64,000 bases of DNA from Octopus vulgaris (taxonomy: Eukaryota), in the NCBI GenBank assembly GCA_951406725.2, contig OX597821.1, positions 1,922,001-1,986,000 of the forward strand, given 5' to 3'. Below the pieces are notes generated by a model. That model made no database searches. It was not told the DNA's origin and was given only the letters and a program-made list of their open reading frames with translations. The position numbers and the translations under genes are program-made. Every line of letters begins with the position of its first letter. The stretch's first letter is position 1. Positions 1 to 14,230 of the stretch are shown piece after piece.

Positions 1-84
1 ATCCAATATGTGACTAGTGAAGGAAATTCATGCAGCTGATAGATGTATGTTTGCTGCTTTGACACAATATATACAATACATAAG

Positions 85-299
85 GTGGTGAGCTGGCAGA
101 AACGTTAGCACGGCGGGAGAAATACTTAGCGGTATTTCGTTTGTCTTTACAATCTGGGTTCAAATACCGCCGGGGTCAACTTTGCCTCTCATCCTTTAGG
201 GTTCGATAAATTAAGTACCTGTTGCGCACTGGTGTCGATCTAATCGACTGGCCGCCTCCCCCAAAACTTTCAGGCTTGGGCTTAGAGTAGAAAAGAATA
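85..299 (+). mobile_element. SINE, family B (GGCGAGCTGGCAGAAACGTTAGCAC head)
   Basis: A-box-like head, GGTTCAAAT B-box and a GTCAACTTTGCCTCTCATCC...GATAAATTAAGTACC body. The same sequence recurs at 6455, 7770, 13275, 14775, 15030, 18515 and 46040. Confidence 0.8.
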
Positions 300-497
300 T
301 ATATACAATACATATTATAATCTCTGTATGATTCTTCCATTTAGAGAAAAATTCTTGTTCAGGAATATGGGACTGGGGAGACAAGGGAACCCAAAAGAAA
401 TATCTGAACATGCATCAAAATGTTGCTGTCCTAAGGAGTCAGGCTAACGTGCAATGCAAACACTTAAAGAAGTTACATCTCTCTCTCTCTTACTTTA

Positions 498-603
498 TGT
501 ATGTATGTATGTATGTATGTATGTATGTATGTATGTATGTATGTATGTATGTATGTATGTATGTATGTATGTATGTATGTATGTATCTATCTATCTATAT
601 CTA

Positions 604-670
<67 letters not shown>

Positions 671-681
671 TTATGTCTATC

Positions 682-733
<52 letters not shown>

Positions 734-738
734 CTATA

Positions 739-766
<28 letters not shown>
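498..766. repeat. Compound microsatellite (TATG)n-(TCTA)n
   Basis: Read directly from the sequence; it explains the MYVC/YLSI ORFs. Confidence 0.97.
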
Positions 767-770
<4 letters not shown>

Positions 771-772
771 AT

Positions 773-1174
773 CTTTACCTATTGCAGTCATTAGACTGCG
801 GCCTTGGAGGGACATCGACGTCAGGAGCTTTTATTGGAAGGATTCGAGCCCAGTACCTACCTTTTTAAACTTAGTTTTTATTTTATCGCCCCGGTATCTT
901 AGGAGGACGTAAATACACCAACACTGGTTATCAAGCGGCGATGCGCGACAAACTAACACAGACACACACATGTACATAATTATATACAGAGGCATATATA
1001 TAAATATAGACAGGATTTTATTTTTTCAATTTCCGTCCAGTAACTGCACTCACAAGTCTTTGGTCGGCCCAAGACATAACAGAAGTGACTTGCCCAAGGT
1101 CTCACGCATCTGGACTGAACAGGAGGCATGTGGTTGAGAAGGAAGTTTCTCACGACACAGCCATTCCCCGCCTA
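773..1174 (-). mobile_element. SINE, family A (diverged; tRNA-like head, internal microsatellite, LINE-like tail)
   Basis: Reverse complement matches the full copy at 35366-35780. Confidence 0.75.
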
Positions 1175-1433
1175 TATATATATACATACGTAAAACTATA
1201 TTCATGAGAATACATATATAAAACATACAAATCTGCGCATACATGCATACATACACACACACATACTTACATACATACATATATACATACATATATACAT
1301 ACATATATACATACATATATACATACAAAACAAAAATACTTGTTGATGATGGGATTCCAATGAACGAGCTTGGATTTAGGTTAGAAACCGGTTCTATCTC
1401 TATCGGCAAGAAATCTTGAAATGAACCGAATAA

Positions 1434-1600
<167 letters not shown>

Positions 1601-2216
1601 CATATATACATAGATACATACATACATATACATACACATACAAACACGTCTGTGAATACAGATTCATGCTTCGAGTATGAGAGGACCCTATTGAAGAAAT
1701 ATCCACATATACATGCATAGACATAGGGCTTATTGTTTGACTAGGATTTAGAACATATATTTAGCATAAACCTTTAGGGATGGATAAATAATTTTAGCCG
1801 TACGATATACCAATCCCGTAGCAACAGCAAACTAGGCCTTCTTTCTTTCTCTTTTTTCTCTCTCTTTGTTTGCATGTTTGTTTGTTTTAAACCAACTCCT
1901 ACAATTTGGGATTATATAACATTACTACATTGCGTGGCTTTGATAAATTGCACATTATAACAATCTCCCTAACTCCTATTACTCCTGTTGCAATTTGCTG
2001 CACTGCGGCGGGCTTTTTATTCCTGCTGTTGCTATGCAGTCCCTTGCAGCATGCATGTCATTATCAAGCAATTTACATCAATATATATACACATACATGC
2101 ACACATACTTAGAAATATCTTTCTCTCTCTCTATATATATATATATTTTATATTGATGTACGTGCATGAATACGTACATACCTACCTATCTACATATACA
2201 TACACACACACACACT

Positions 2217-2273
<57 letters not shown>

Positions 2274-2497
2274 CGAGAGTGAAAGAAAGAGGTACTTGCT
2301 TATATACACGATGTGTATGTACGCTAAATTTGTATATTGTATATATGTCTATATATGTGTGTGTGGGCATATATGTATGTGTGAGGGAGAACAGTAAGCC
2401 TTAATATTTTAGTTCAAAAACACATATTTACGCACATACGATCACGAGCGCAAACACAATCACCCCTCCTACACAGACACACGAACACGCGTGCACT

Positions 2498-2537
<40 letters not shown>

Positions 2538-3147
2538 TACGTAGACGCGCGTGCGTGAGTATATACGCATGCATACACACATGTATAGACTTTCTGCTGA
2601 TTTTGCATTTCCGCAATGTTATAAACAAATGTCCCACACCACGTATTTACGCGCACCCATAAAACGCCAACACACCCATGCACATATATAGACTTACACC
2701 CAAGAATGCTTAGGCACACACAGGCGAAAGCGAAAAACACCAACCACACATGATCATGCACAGGCAGTCATGCATTAAAACGCGGCGTGCATCTGAGGAA
2801 AGACTCATGAATTTATTAATGCATTACAATAGAATTTTACTGATTCCTCTTAGCAAATATATAATTTCATAACTGATGATATATCTTAAATATGTAACTC
2901 ACAAACTCATTCTATGTTCTATAGTATACGTAATCTCTTTCTCCTTTTTATGACTCTCCTTCATATACTTTCACTTTCCCTGGTCCCATATACTTTCTAC
3001 TTTCACTTTCTCACTACCCTCCTACTTTCTTAATCCTCCCCCCATCACTCTCAGTGTTTTTGTTTCTATCTCGCTCCTATTGTTATCTCACTCTCCGTTT
3101 GTTTTATCGCATTCTGTTTAAAATCTGCGCATATTTACTGACGCTTG

Positions 3148-3190
<43 letters not shown>

Positions 3191-3537
3191 GTATACACTC
3201 ACTCACACATGGCAGAACACTGGGCATAAACAAACAATATGTACTATAACTATGCTCATACCCATATATATGTATACATACACACACACATACATATACA
3301 TATATATATATATATATATACATATTCAGGGAAGCCCCTAAACAGGCTCACATGGATATGAAAGAGAAACCTGAATATATAGAGATAGATGAAGAGTCAG
3401 ACTGATGAGTAAAGAGATATCGATAATGTTTCGATGTGCATTCATAGAAATTCATTCATTCAAACATGCACACACACCCACAACACCCAAAACACACAGA
3501 CACACACACATATTTGTATGTGTGCGTGTATATATGC

Positions 3538-3596
<59 letters not shown>

Positions 3597-4347
3597 TGTA
3601 TATTTGTATAGATGCGAGTGATATTTCGGGGTGTATACAAAGATATGTACATCACCACCATTCACATGCATGCATGCGTACATGCATGTTGGCGTCGCCG
3701 ATACATAATAACACATCACATCCCAGCACAACATAACATTTTCAATATCAGTTGAGGTGACCTCGAGATTCTGTAAATGTTTTGTTCTGCGCAATGACAT
3801 AACAGAAAAATACCATTTATCTCCCTATCTATTTATTAAATTTATTTATTTGTTCTTCGCATGCGCATGATTTTGCCTAATAATATCTACTACCGCTTTT
3901 AACGTTGCAGTGGAGATTATGTAAAGCGCATTTCTGGCGCAACGTTTTCTCTTAAATATATCAGATGCGGTTAAGTTTAGCGTTTGAAAAAACACTAAAT
4001 GTTGTATGAAACAAGTTAATTGTCAATGAAGGAAAGACTTACTGCTGCTATGCAAAGGAAGCATACAATAATTATTCTTTGCTTTATTATGCAAAAAATA
4101 TAAACGAATACGAAAAAAAAAAGCGAAAAAACAAAAATTCTATTGACTTTAAAGGCTATGAAATGGCAAATGTGTTTTTGGCTGTATTTGGGGTTGCGTC
4201 ATTCCTAGTTCCAATAGTTTCAAGGTCGTGTTTGCTTGTTAATTTAAGGGTGTTGTTCCGTATCCATGAGCAACTTTAAAGTCGACCACTCTGCTGTGAG
4301 CATTCCGATGAAGTCTGAAGCTGAGAAATTAATGAATGAAAGATTAA

Positions 4348-4388
<41 letters not shown>

Positions 4389-4821
4389 CAGCTGTGGTTT
4401 CTTACCTTGTAGACCCACGCCCCAACCGTTAGGGAGGCTTCTTAAACAGCGCGAGGTTTATGTTCATTTCTCCGTTGTAGCATCTATTAAAACAATCAAT
4501 TACGGCGCCAACATGAATCACGTGACCCCCCCCCCATGACAAAATGTGAGTCTCAATATGAGAAAACGCTATGTTTTATATCTGAGGGCGACAAGTTAGC
4601 AAACTAGTGGAATTTTTGACTCAATTTTTTTTCAAGAATGTATATATGTATGTATGTATGCGTGTGTATTTATGTGTGTCTATATATATATTCGTCTATT
4701 TATCTGTATGTATGTCTGTCTGTCTATCCGTCCGTCCATCTGTGTGTCTGCAAAGACAGACACTCACTCACACACACACACACACACACACTTACACACA
4801 TTTACACACACACACACATAT

Positions 4822-4970
4822 ACGACAGGCTTCCAGATCTACTTACAAAGCTTTGGTAGGCCCAAGGGTATAGTAGAAGACACTTGCCCAAGGTGCCACG
4901 CAGTTGGACTGAACCCGGAGTAATGTGGCTGGTAAGCTAACTACTTACCATGCAGCCACTCCTGCGTCTA
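4822..4970 (-). mobile_element. SINE family A, 5' half
   Basis: GACACTTGCCCAAGGTGCCACGCAG...GCCACTCCTGCG matches the family A head on the minus strand. Confidence 0.8.
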
Positions 4971-5661
4971 AATGTATGCATTTATATATCTTCATATCTA
5001 TATGGGTATGTAAATATGTGTGTGTGTATATATATATATATATGTATACATATATGCATGAATTTATGAACACACACACGCACACACACACACACATGTA
5101 TGTATTTATACTATAAATTAAAATATTAAAAAAATGACAATATAGTTTGCATAATACAGTTTGGTATGAACTGAAAGATATTAGCTGCTATTTCTTACTA
5201 ATGGAATGAATATGTAGCAACGCTTTTATTGGGTCGATAGATTTTGTTCGATATCTACTTCATACTTTCGAAGAACAGGCTTAGCAATCAAGCACACTGA
5301 TTCTACTGACCTCTTGCATTTAGTTCTCAACTTGATTACTTCTAATTATCAGCCAAAAAATTAATTCACAATATTATCGAAAGTTTTCCAACCTCTTATT
5401 TGAATGAATCTTTTCCTCAAATCTCTGCATTTGAAATTTCTGTCCACTCAAGAAATTCTTGACTCACTCCACTGACCAGCATTTGTGAACCTCGGGTGTA
5501 CGAGGACACCAAATTGCACCCACTGCGTGAACCTTCTAATAATATTTACTTTCTATTGGGGTTCATGGCAAGTTTCGTTAACATAGCGACCAAGCTGTTT
5601 TGAGGTATTTATTTATTTACTTACTGTGAGGCATGACTGACTGAGAGATGTGTATAATAAC

Positions 5662-5983
5662 TAACTGGCACTACGTCTATTACTACGACGATGATTCCAC
5701 TTGTTTCGATCAACAGAACAGCCTGCTCGTGAAATGAACGTACAAGTGTCTGAGCACTCCACAGACATATGTACTTTTAATGTAGTTCTCAGGAACATTC
5801 AGCGAGACACAGTGTGACAAGGCTGGCCTTTGGAATTAGAGGTACCGCTCATTTTTGCCAGCTGAGTGGACTGAGCAACGTGAAATAAAGCGTCTATCTG
5901 AGAGACAACGCGTCGACAGGAATTGAACTGATGCCATTACGATCGTGAGCCGAAAACCCTAACAACTATGCCACGCGCCTTCA
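5662..5983 (-). mobile_element. tRNA-derived SINE (head related to the 24859 copy, different body)
   Basis: The minus strand starts GAAGGCGCGTGGC...CTCACGATC...AGTTCAATTCC. A diverged body fragment recurs near 10290-10420. Confidence 0.7.
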
Positions 5984-5994
5984 CGATACATAAC

Positions 5995-6393
5995 TCTTTC
6001 TTTTGTTCTTATGCTTCTTTCAGTCATTGCTGGAGCACCACTTAAAGGGGTTTTAGTCGAACAAATCGCCCCAAGGACTGACTCTTTGTAAGCCTAGTAT
6101 TTATTCTATCGGCCTTTTTTTATCGAACCTCTAAGTTACGGGGACGTTAACTCATCAGTATTGGTTCTCAAGCAATGGTGGGATGGTCAAACGCAGACAC
6201 AAACATACTAATACATACACACATGCATACAACGGGCTTCTTTCAGTTTCCGTCTGCCAAATCCACTCACAAAGCCTTGGTCGGTCCGAGGCAATAGTAG
6301 AAGATACTTGTCCAAGATGCCACGCAGTAGGACAGAACCCAGAACCATGTGGTTAGGATGCAAACTTCTCACCACGCAGCCATGCCTGCGCCT
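5995..6393 (-). mobile_element. SINE family A
   Basis: Near-full-length reverse-complement match to the 35366 copy. Confidence 0.85.
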
Positions 6394-6454
6394 GTGTAAA
6401 ATGGGAAACTAAAACAAAATTTCGATAAAGAAGAGTGAAAGAAATACAGAGAAA

Positions 6455-6845
6455 TACACTTCCCACTATAGGCACAAGACATGGATTTTGTGGGGAGGGG
6501 ACAGTAGATCACATCGACCCCAGGATCCAACTGGTACTTAATTTATTGATACCGAATGGATGAAAGGCAAAGTCGACATTGGCAGAATTTAAACTCAGAG
6601 CGTTGTGACAGACGAAATACCTATTTCTTTACTACCGACAAGGGGCTAAACACAATGAGGATGAACAAGGACAGACAAACGGACTAAGTCGATTATATCG
6701 ACCACAGTGCGTAACTGGTACTTATTTAATCGACCCCGAAAGGATGAAAGGCAAAGTCGACCTCGGCGGAATTTGAACTCAGAACATAGCGGCAGACGAA
6801 ACACCGCTAAGCATTTCGCGCAGCGAGTTAACAATTCCTTACACC
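6455..6845 (-). mobile_element. SINE family B, two nested or tandem partial copies
   Basis: The motif ACTGGTACTT..TTTA.T.GA..CCGAA.GGATGAAAGGCAAAGTCGAC occurs twice (about 6530 and 6715). Confidence 0.8.
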
Positions 6846-7769
6846 CGCCTAACAGGCGGTCATAAGAGAAATAACAATTTAATGTTTATCTTCTCAAAGC
6901 ATTCGTGCCTGCCGCATCGTTGAAAATCAATCACACCTCTTACACTGGTAGGCCTTTTAAGAAAAAATTTAAAACGTCACCTCTCTTGGACTGATAATTT
7001 TTGTATGTGAATTCATGTCAGATTTTTAAATAAAACGCACAAGCGCATATACATGATCCCGTAGTGCGTGTTCGTGAAAGAATATTCTTGAAAGGAAAAT
7101 AGCTTATTCGAAGCTCACTTATATAATACGAAAAAATTAGCTTCTGATCTCGAAGAGGTTAATTTTGCCTCTCATTCCTCGGAAATCGATAAAATATTGC
7201 ACCATTTATATATTAGGATTGATATTCTTAATGTCCCTCCTTTAAACCTCTCCAAACGGAACCTTCAAAATATCGAGCCTTTGTTTCTCAATAAAGAATC
7301 AATACAGTTTTCGATCTGACTAAGGATAAGAGTGAAATAGATTAAAGGATCTTTATAAAATGGGATATCTCAATATTCATCCTCTTCTCAAGGCCACGAT
7401 ATGAGACTGGGAAATAATGAATGGAACGAAGGCAGACAGGCATTGAATTTTATAACTGGCTTCAATGAAAGTTATTTGTTTTGATAGTCTGCTCAACGAT
7501 GTTCAGCATTCGCCACACAGCTAATTAATGATAATTAATTAAATCATAATTAAGCTTTCGACTGTGAACCTTTTGTTGTGATAGCATCATAATTAATGAC
7601 GTAAATTGTCTAAAATAGCTACAACCATAAAATGAGACAGGGTTAAGCAATTAAATTAGAAGTGGAACATATTTGTTATGTAAACCCTTAGAAATGAACT
7701 AATTTTCGCATCAACTCAGAAATCAAGAAATGAAACATGGCAGGGCTTCGCAATAAGTTATATCTTTCA

Positions 7770-7995
7770 GGCGTCGAGCTGGCAGAACCGTTAGAATGCC
7801 GTGCAAAATGATCAGCGGCGTTTCGTCCGTCTTTACGTTCTGAGTTCAAATTCTACTGATGCCGATTTTGTCTTTCATCGATGAAATAAGTATCAGTGGT
7901 CCATGAAATACGTACTAGTTGAGAGCTGGGGCCGATGATATCGACTTATCCCTTCCCCCAAAATTGTTGGCCTTCAACTAAAATTTGAAATCAAT
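7770..7995 (+). mobile_element. SINE family B
   Basis: GGCGTCGAGCTGGCAGAACCGTTAG...CTGAGTTCAAATTC matches the 85 and 18655 copies. Confidence 0.75.
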
Positions 7996-8778
7996 TAGTA
8001 TAAGCCAAAAATGGGCTCTAGAAATAGCCGTGAATATCACTCGAATCCCTCATTAGCAATAAGAAAAAACTGAGGGCCATCGGAGATACATTCACTCACA
8101 ATGCTCCTAATTCAGATCTGACCTGACATGGAACGAATCATTTCTAATAATGAAAACGGAACTAAAATTACAAACATTTACAACCACAACAACAACAACA
8201 AAACTGCTTTATTGTTTCTGTGTGTAATTGCATGTCTGCGTGAGTCGTTAATTATCTACGATTTAATTATATATTTATCGTAATAAAACATTCAAAAATA
8301 AAAGGGAGCCTTTATATTTCGTTATGGATTTTATAGGAACTCATTTTTTCCGACATCCACCTTCTCATTACAATCATAGACTTTTTGTTTAATTAATGAA
8401 ACCGAAGGGTGATTTCATCTCCTACATTAAAGAAGGCTTATACCTAATTAGGAATATATGTAGACGTACATATATACAAAAACACACATATATACATTCA
8501 ATTGTACACACATAGAGACATGCACACATAGACACACAGACACACATAGACACGTACATATATACGTTATATTGAAGATCATGTATATATATTTAAGCAT
8601 GTATGCGTGTTTGCATGTGGGGGGTATACATACACACATAGATACATAATTATATATATATGTGTAAATAGAGGGAGAGAGAGAGAGAGATACATGCATA
8701 CATACATATATATATATGTATTTACTTATATATGAAAATATATATATATATATATATTTACATGTGTGTGTAACTATG

Positions 8779-8870
<92 letters not shown>

Positions 8871-9478
8871 TGCATATATTCATATACACACTCACATATA
8901 TGTAATGATCAATTTAAAGCGGTTGATTGAATTCCTCCTCATACCAAAAGATTCCATATAGATTTTTAAATGCTAATGAAATGAATTCTATGAAAATTCC
9001 CAGCAAAGTTGTTCCTTGCTGCAACAAAATCGAATATTTCCTTTTAATTACAAATAGCCGCGTTTCAACAGGAAATTCGTATTTAAATCTCACTATACTC
9101 TCAGTTACGTGTTACATTATTTTACTTTGACTTCAGATGTAGTGGTGGAAAAATATTTCCAATTAACTATACGATATGCAACACAGATTTTACAGGGGAA
9201 AACTTAAGAAAATACTCATAAAAATTATTGACAAGTATACGCAGAAGATCGAATATAAATGTATATAGATAAGTATATTTACATATATATTAATATATAT
9301 ACGTGTGTGTATATATGTATGTATATATATATATATCTAAACAAGAACACATCTATGCATATATAGATATGTATTAAAAGATGTACGTATATATGTACGT
9401 CTGTTTATGTTTGTATATATCTAAATCCATAAATATATCACTCCATCTATCTATCTACTCCCTATATAACACTATATA

Positions 9479-9540
<62 letters not shown>

Positions 9541-10533
9541 CATACCTATATATATACATGTATATATATATATATACATGTAGATATATACACAAATACG
9601 CATTCCTGTGTGCATAAACATTTTTGTATTGGTGACAGTAGCTGACTAGATGTCTGTGAGTGTGTGTGATTGTATACCTATGTATGAATAATTGCATTTG
9701 TATTATACTCATACTTGTAGGATGTGTTAGAATTGGTATAGCTCGGAAAGTCTTGAAATGACACTAAAACATGTAAGCATCATGAATTGAAAATGGTTGA
9801 CGCATGGGGAACAAAGCGTATTCCTGAAGGTTTTTATGCAGTACCTTTGTCTACTTTGGATTGAAATTCACTAGACATTCTCGGCTAACTAGTTTTTATT
9901 CAAATGATTGGTTTAAAGATCTCAGCAGAATATAAAATTGAAGCTGCAAAAAAGTTTAGCAATTAATAGCTTACAGCAACGAACGTTTTATGTAAAACAA
10001 CAAGAAGAAAAAAAAATATTAAAAAATCAACAAAATAATAACGTTGCCTCACAAATAGCAGAGACGCCATATATTATCAGACATCAGATGTATGCTGTAA
10101 TGATTGTAAACGATGGCGATGTTGATGGCTCACGAATACGACGTTTGCATATTTTAAGAGAGGAACTGCACTGTAGATAATATCTACCTTTTATCAGACA
10201 TCAAAGTGTTGAATAGTGTATATTTCTGAACTATTTGCGAAAATATTTTAATGGCTAAAGTAAATGGAAATTCGGTCGTTTTCCTATAATGAGCACTTCG
10301 GTTATCCGATCAGCTGAACTACATACTCAATGTGGTAACATGTAATTGTCTGGGAATTACCACACACCCACATATATGATTTTAATGTAGCCTTCTGGTA
10401 GATTCAAAATGTCGGTGACAATGCTGTGTTTCCGAAATACAGATACAGAGTGTTCAACACAATTCTTCACTCTACGCGTACCTATATATGCGATACCTAA
10501 CGCAAAATCTAAAGTCGATATGAGGCTACGGGA

Positions 10534-10883
10534 AAATGGTATCCTGGCAGTCGTTAGCACGCGAGGAAAGAGCTTAGTGGCATTTCGTCCATCTTTACGC
10601 GTATTTTAGCGGAAATTAAGGATAAAACACTTGGCAATACATGACACTTGCATTTAATCCCTATTCTCTCGAGCACCAATCAATGAATATATTTTCACTG
10701 ACCACTATAAATGGTATCCTGGCAGTCGTTGGCATTCAGGGCAAAAAGCTTAGCGGCATTTCATCCATCTTTACACGTATTTTAGCGGAAATGAATGATA
10801 AAACACTAGGCAATACATAAACCTTGAATTTAATCCCTATTCTGTCGAGCACCTATCAATGAATATAGTTTAACTCACCACTA
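10534..10883 (+). repeat. Tandem duplication, about 175-bp unit x2, starting with a SINE-B head fragment
   Basis: AAATGGTATCCTGGCAGTCGTT...CCACTA begins at 10534 and again at 10709. Confidence 0.9.
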
Positions 10884-11026
10884 ATTTGTAACGATATATC
10901 CATTTGTCTAGCCTAGCTGTTTATACATCAACTCGATGCTCAAACGTTTAAAACTTTTATATCTCAAATTCTGACATTCAAAATAATCTTGCCACGGTGG
11001 GTTTTAACTTTGTACTTCTCCTGATG

Positions 11027-11241
11027 GTTTACTCTTTTACTCTTTCACTTGTTTCAGTCATTTGACTGTGGGCATGCTGAAGCAAATCGACCCCAGGACT
11101 TATTCTTTGGAAGCCTAGTACTTACTCTATCGGGGTCTTTTGCCGAACCGCTAAGTTACGGGGACGTAAACACAACACCATCGGTTGTCAAGCGATGTTG
11201 GGGGAACAAACACAGACACACAATCACACACACACACACAG

Positions 11242-11272
<31 letters not shown>

Positions 11273-11430
11273 ATTATACATATATACATATATACGACGG
11301 GCTTCTTTCACTTTCTGTCTACCAAATCCACTCACAAGGCTTTGGTCGGCCCAAGGTGCCACGCAGTGGGACTGAACCCGGAACCATGTGGTTGGTAAGC
11401 AAGCTACTTACAACAGAGCCACTCTTACGC
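11027..11430 (-). mobile_element. SINE family A
   Basis: Reverse-complement match, with an internal (CA)n(TA)n and a short deletion in the head region. Confidence 0.9.
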
Positions 11431-11608
11431 ACGAAAATTTCGCTCCTTGTAAGATCGTGTCTCTATTTGGATGTCGGCGAATTATCTCCTGACCATTTTC
11501 TGCTTTGTTTTAAAACAATGGGCGCCCGTTTATACCCCACTTGCTAAATACGGAGTTGCTAGCTTACCGTGTTCACATAGCCAGATTGAGAAAAGGCAAA
11601 ATAAATTT

Positions 11609-12182
11609 AACGTAAGGGGTATAAGCCATCTGAATGTGGCTAGCCACTGGGGGGGGAGGGGTGTTACTGATGCAGTGTCCCCTCGCAAGTAATATATAAT
11701 GTTTTTCACAGTAACCACTGTCACTGATGTAGAAAAACTGTCTGAAAACAGTAATAAATCTCTGAACGAGATATAAACAGTAACCGCTCGACAACGTAAA
11801 GGGTATCAGCCATCTGAATGTGGCTAGCCCCTGGGGGGGGGGGGGGGGGTACTGATGCTTTTAAAGGAGTCCTGTGAAAAACATTATATATTACTTGCGA
11901 GGGGACTCCTTCATCGAAGACCAGTGCTTACCATGCGTTGACGAGAGGCAATTACCTTGAAACTATAGTCTGTATGTTGTACTCGGGTCTTCGAGGGAGG
12001 ATCACCTCCCTTTGCAAGTAACACAAGGACACTGAGATAGTGTTTAAAGTCCTTCTGGTGACGTTGATCGCCTGCGGCTAAAAGCATCAGTAACCCCACC
12101 CCCCAGTGGCTAGCCACATTCAGATGGCTGATACCCCTTACGTTGTCGAGCGGTTACTGTTTATATCTCGTTCAGAGATTTA
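11609..12182. repeat. Complex direct and inverted repeat element
   Basis: 11755-11863 is inverted at 12079-12182; 11609-11673 is a direct copy of part of it; 11677-11711 is inverted at 11872-11906. Confidence 0.85.
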
Positions 12183-12480
12183 AAATAAATTTAATATTCT
12201 TGGAAACAGAAGGCTGTTGAAATATCCATGTCACTTGTGTGGTTATTATTAGGTTTATGACAGCAATAACAACAACAATAATAATAACAATCATCATCAT
12301 CATTATTATTATTATTATTATTATTATTGTTGTTGTTGTTGTTGTTGTTGTTGTTATTATTATTAATATTGTTGTTCTTGTCGATGTTTTTAAAAATAAT
12401 AATAATAACAACAACAATAGTAATAGCATTAATAATAATAATAATAATAGTAATAATAATAATGATAATAATGATAATAA

Positions 12481-12969
12481 TCTTGGTATAAAAGATGGGC
12501 TACAGCAAATATTTTGCTCCATGTCACAGATGTGATTGTCAGTTGTTTGATCTTAACCAGTTGAGCATGTCCTTTAGTGGCTGACGATATGTACATCTCT
12601 GATCACGAGCAGACGTAGTGGGGGAGCATCATAGCCATGTGTTGAGAAGGATTCTTTGGGTTTGAATAATTCACCTCAGGAAACATGGGTGTTTCGTTCA
12701 ACATCCTTAAACAATCCTTATTCAGGGACCTCTTGAGCCGGAAGGGCTACTCGACAAGAAGAAAATTTTAACTGGGCCCCACCTGCAAGGCCATGTGCTG
12801 TTTATCTTGATATGAGATCACCATGTCGCGCACATATGGTTGTGATGCATGCGCCTAGTGTACCCTTATCAGACGGGTTGTCATGATGGGTGTACTGGGC
12901 TTCCTATATTTTACGCCAGTGTCATATTGATCGTATACACTGCTCTCTCACTCAATAATGATAATAATG

Positions 12970-13033
<64 letters not shown>

Positions 13034-13050
13034 GAAGAAGAAGAAGAAGA
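12481..13050 (+). mobile_element. Probable non-LTR retroelement 3' fragment ending in (AAT)n
   Basis: About 470 bp of complex sequence embedded between two (AAT)n tracts. Family not identified. Confidence 0.4.
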
Positions 13051-13274
13051 AGAAGAAGAGGAGCGCCAGCCTTGATAACATATAATAATAATATTAATAA
13101 TAATAATAATTTATTAATTTTTAAATACATATTTACCTGTGAATTTGCGTGTGTAATCTGGGAATGCATACAGTGAGCTTCTCTGCCCTAGGTGTACGGA
13201 AAACACTCGGCGAGAAACGGAAGAAAATTTGATGAAAGAAGGAAAAAATAACAACCATAATAATAATGATAATA

Positions 13275-13425
13275 ATAATAATGTTTTCCGCTCTAAGCGT
13301 AAAGCCTCGATTTTAGGGTTGCTTGCTAATCGATGACATCGACCGAAGTGCAGTACTGGTAGTTATCTTATCGAATCCAAAAGGAGGAAAGGCAAAGTCG
13401 AGCTCGGCTGAATTTGAACTCAGAA
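13275..13425 (-). mobile_element. SINE family B fragment
   Basis: GAAAGGCAAAGTCGAGCTCGGCTGAATTTGAACTCAGAAC matches family B. Confidence 0.7.
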
Positions 13426-14230
13426 CACGCACAATAAAACACTTATGTATACACAAACACACACGCGCGTATACACAAATACACATGGACAAATACACAG
13501 ACCATGTATATATCAATAATAAAACAAAATAAATTGCTTCAAAATCTACAATACTAAAAGCCGAAGCAACAACAAAAACAATAACAACTAATGTAACAAT
13601 AACAAATGCAACAGTTACTAGAGCTAGAGATAAAGAACTGTAACGGCGCCATATTTTGATATTGAAAGAAGAAACGAACTAAAATTGGTGACAATTGAAA
13701 AGCATGTGTTAACTAAGAGTGCATATAAATTAGTAAAGTGTATTTTATTGAGAAAATAAATAGAAATTAAAATGTAAAAGTACATTCCTAAATAATAATG
13801 TTTTAATTCTTTAAATATAAACATAAAATGTATAAAAATATATAACAGTCTCATAAATTACGAACATTTAAACAAAACGTAAGAAGTTAATGAATAAAAT
13901 TTGATGCGAAAATTGCAAATGAGGCAAATATGAGATGAAGGTGTGAATAGAAATAGTAGAACAAATTAATGAGAATAATTAAAAGAGAGAAAAAAAAATA
14001 AATGGGGAATCGAACAAACAAATAAACCAAAAAAAAAAAATGAATGAAAATTAATGGGGATAATGACAAATGTACTAAATTGTACATTTAATGAAGGGAA
14101 ATGGGGAAAGTTGAATATCGCTGATTACCGCTGCTGTTACTGCCGCTGATATTGCAACAACAGCAACAAGAACAAGAACAATAACTGTTGCAACAACGTG
14201 ATAATCATCAAGTACAACAACAGCAACTGT

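Noticed and set aside
410-912. 152-aa ORFs, and the many other YI/YV/TH/CV-rich ORFs across the window
   Set aside because: They are stop-free translations of (TA)n, (CA)n, (TATG)n and (TCTA)n microsatellites.
3780-4540. Promoter-like motifs (CGCATGCGCA, TCACGTGAC)
   Set aside because: These are isolated short motifs with no identifiable downstream exon.
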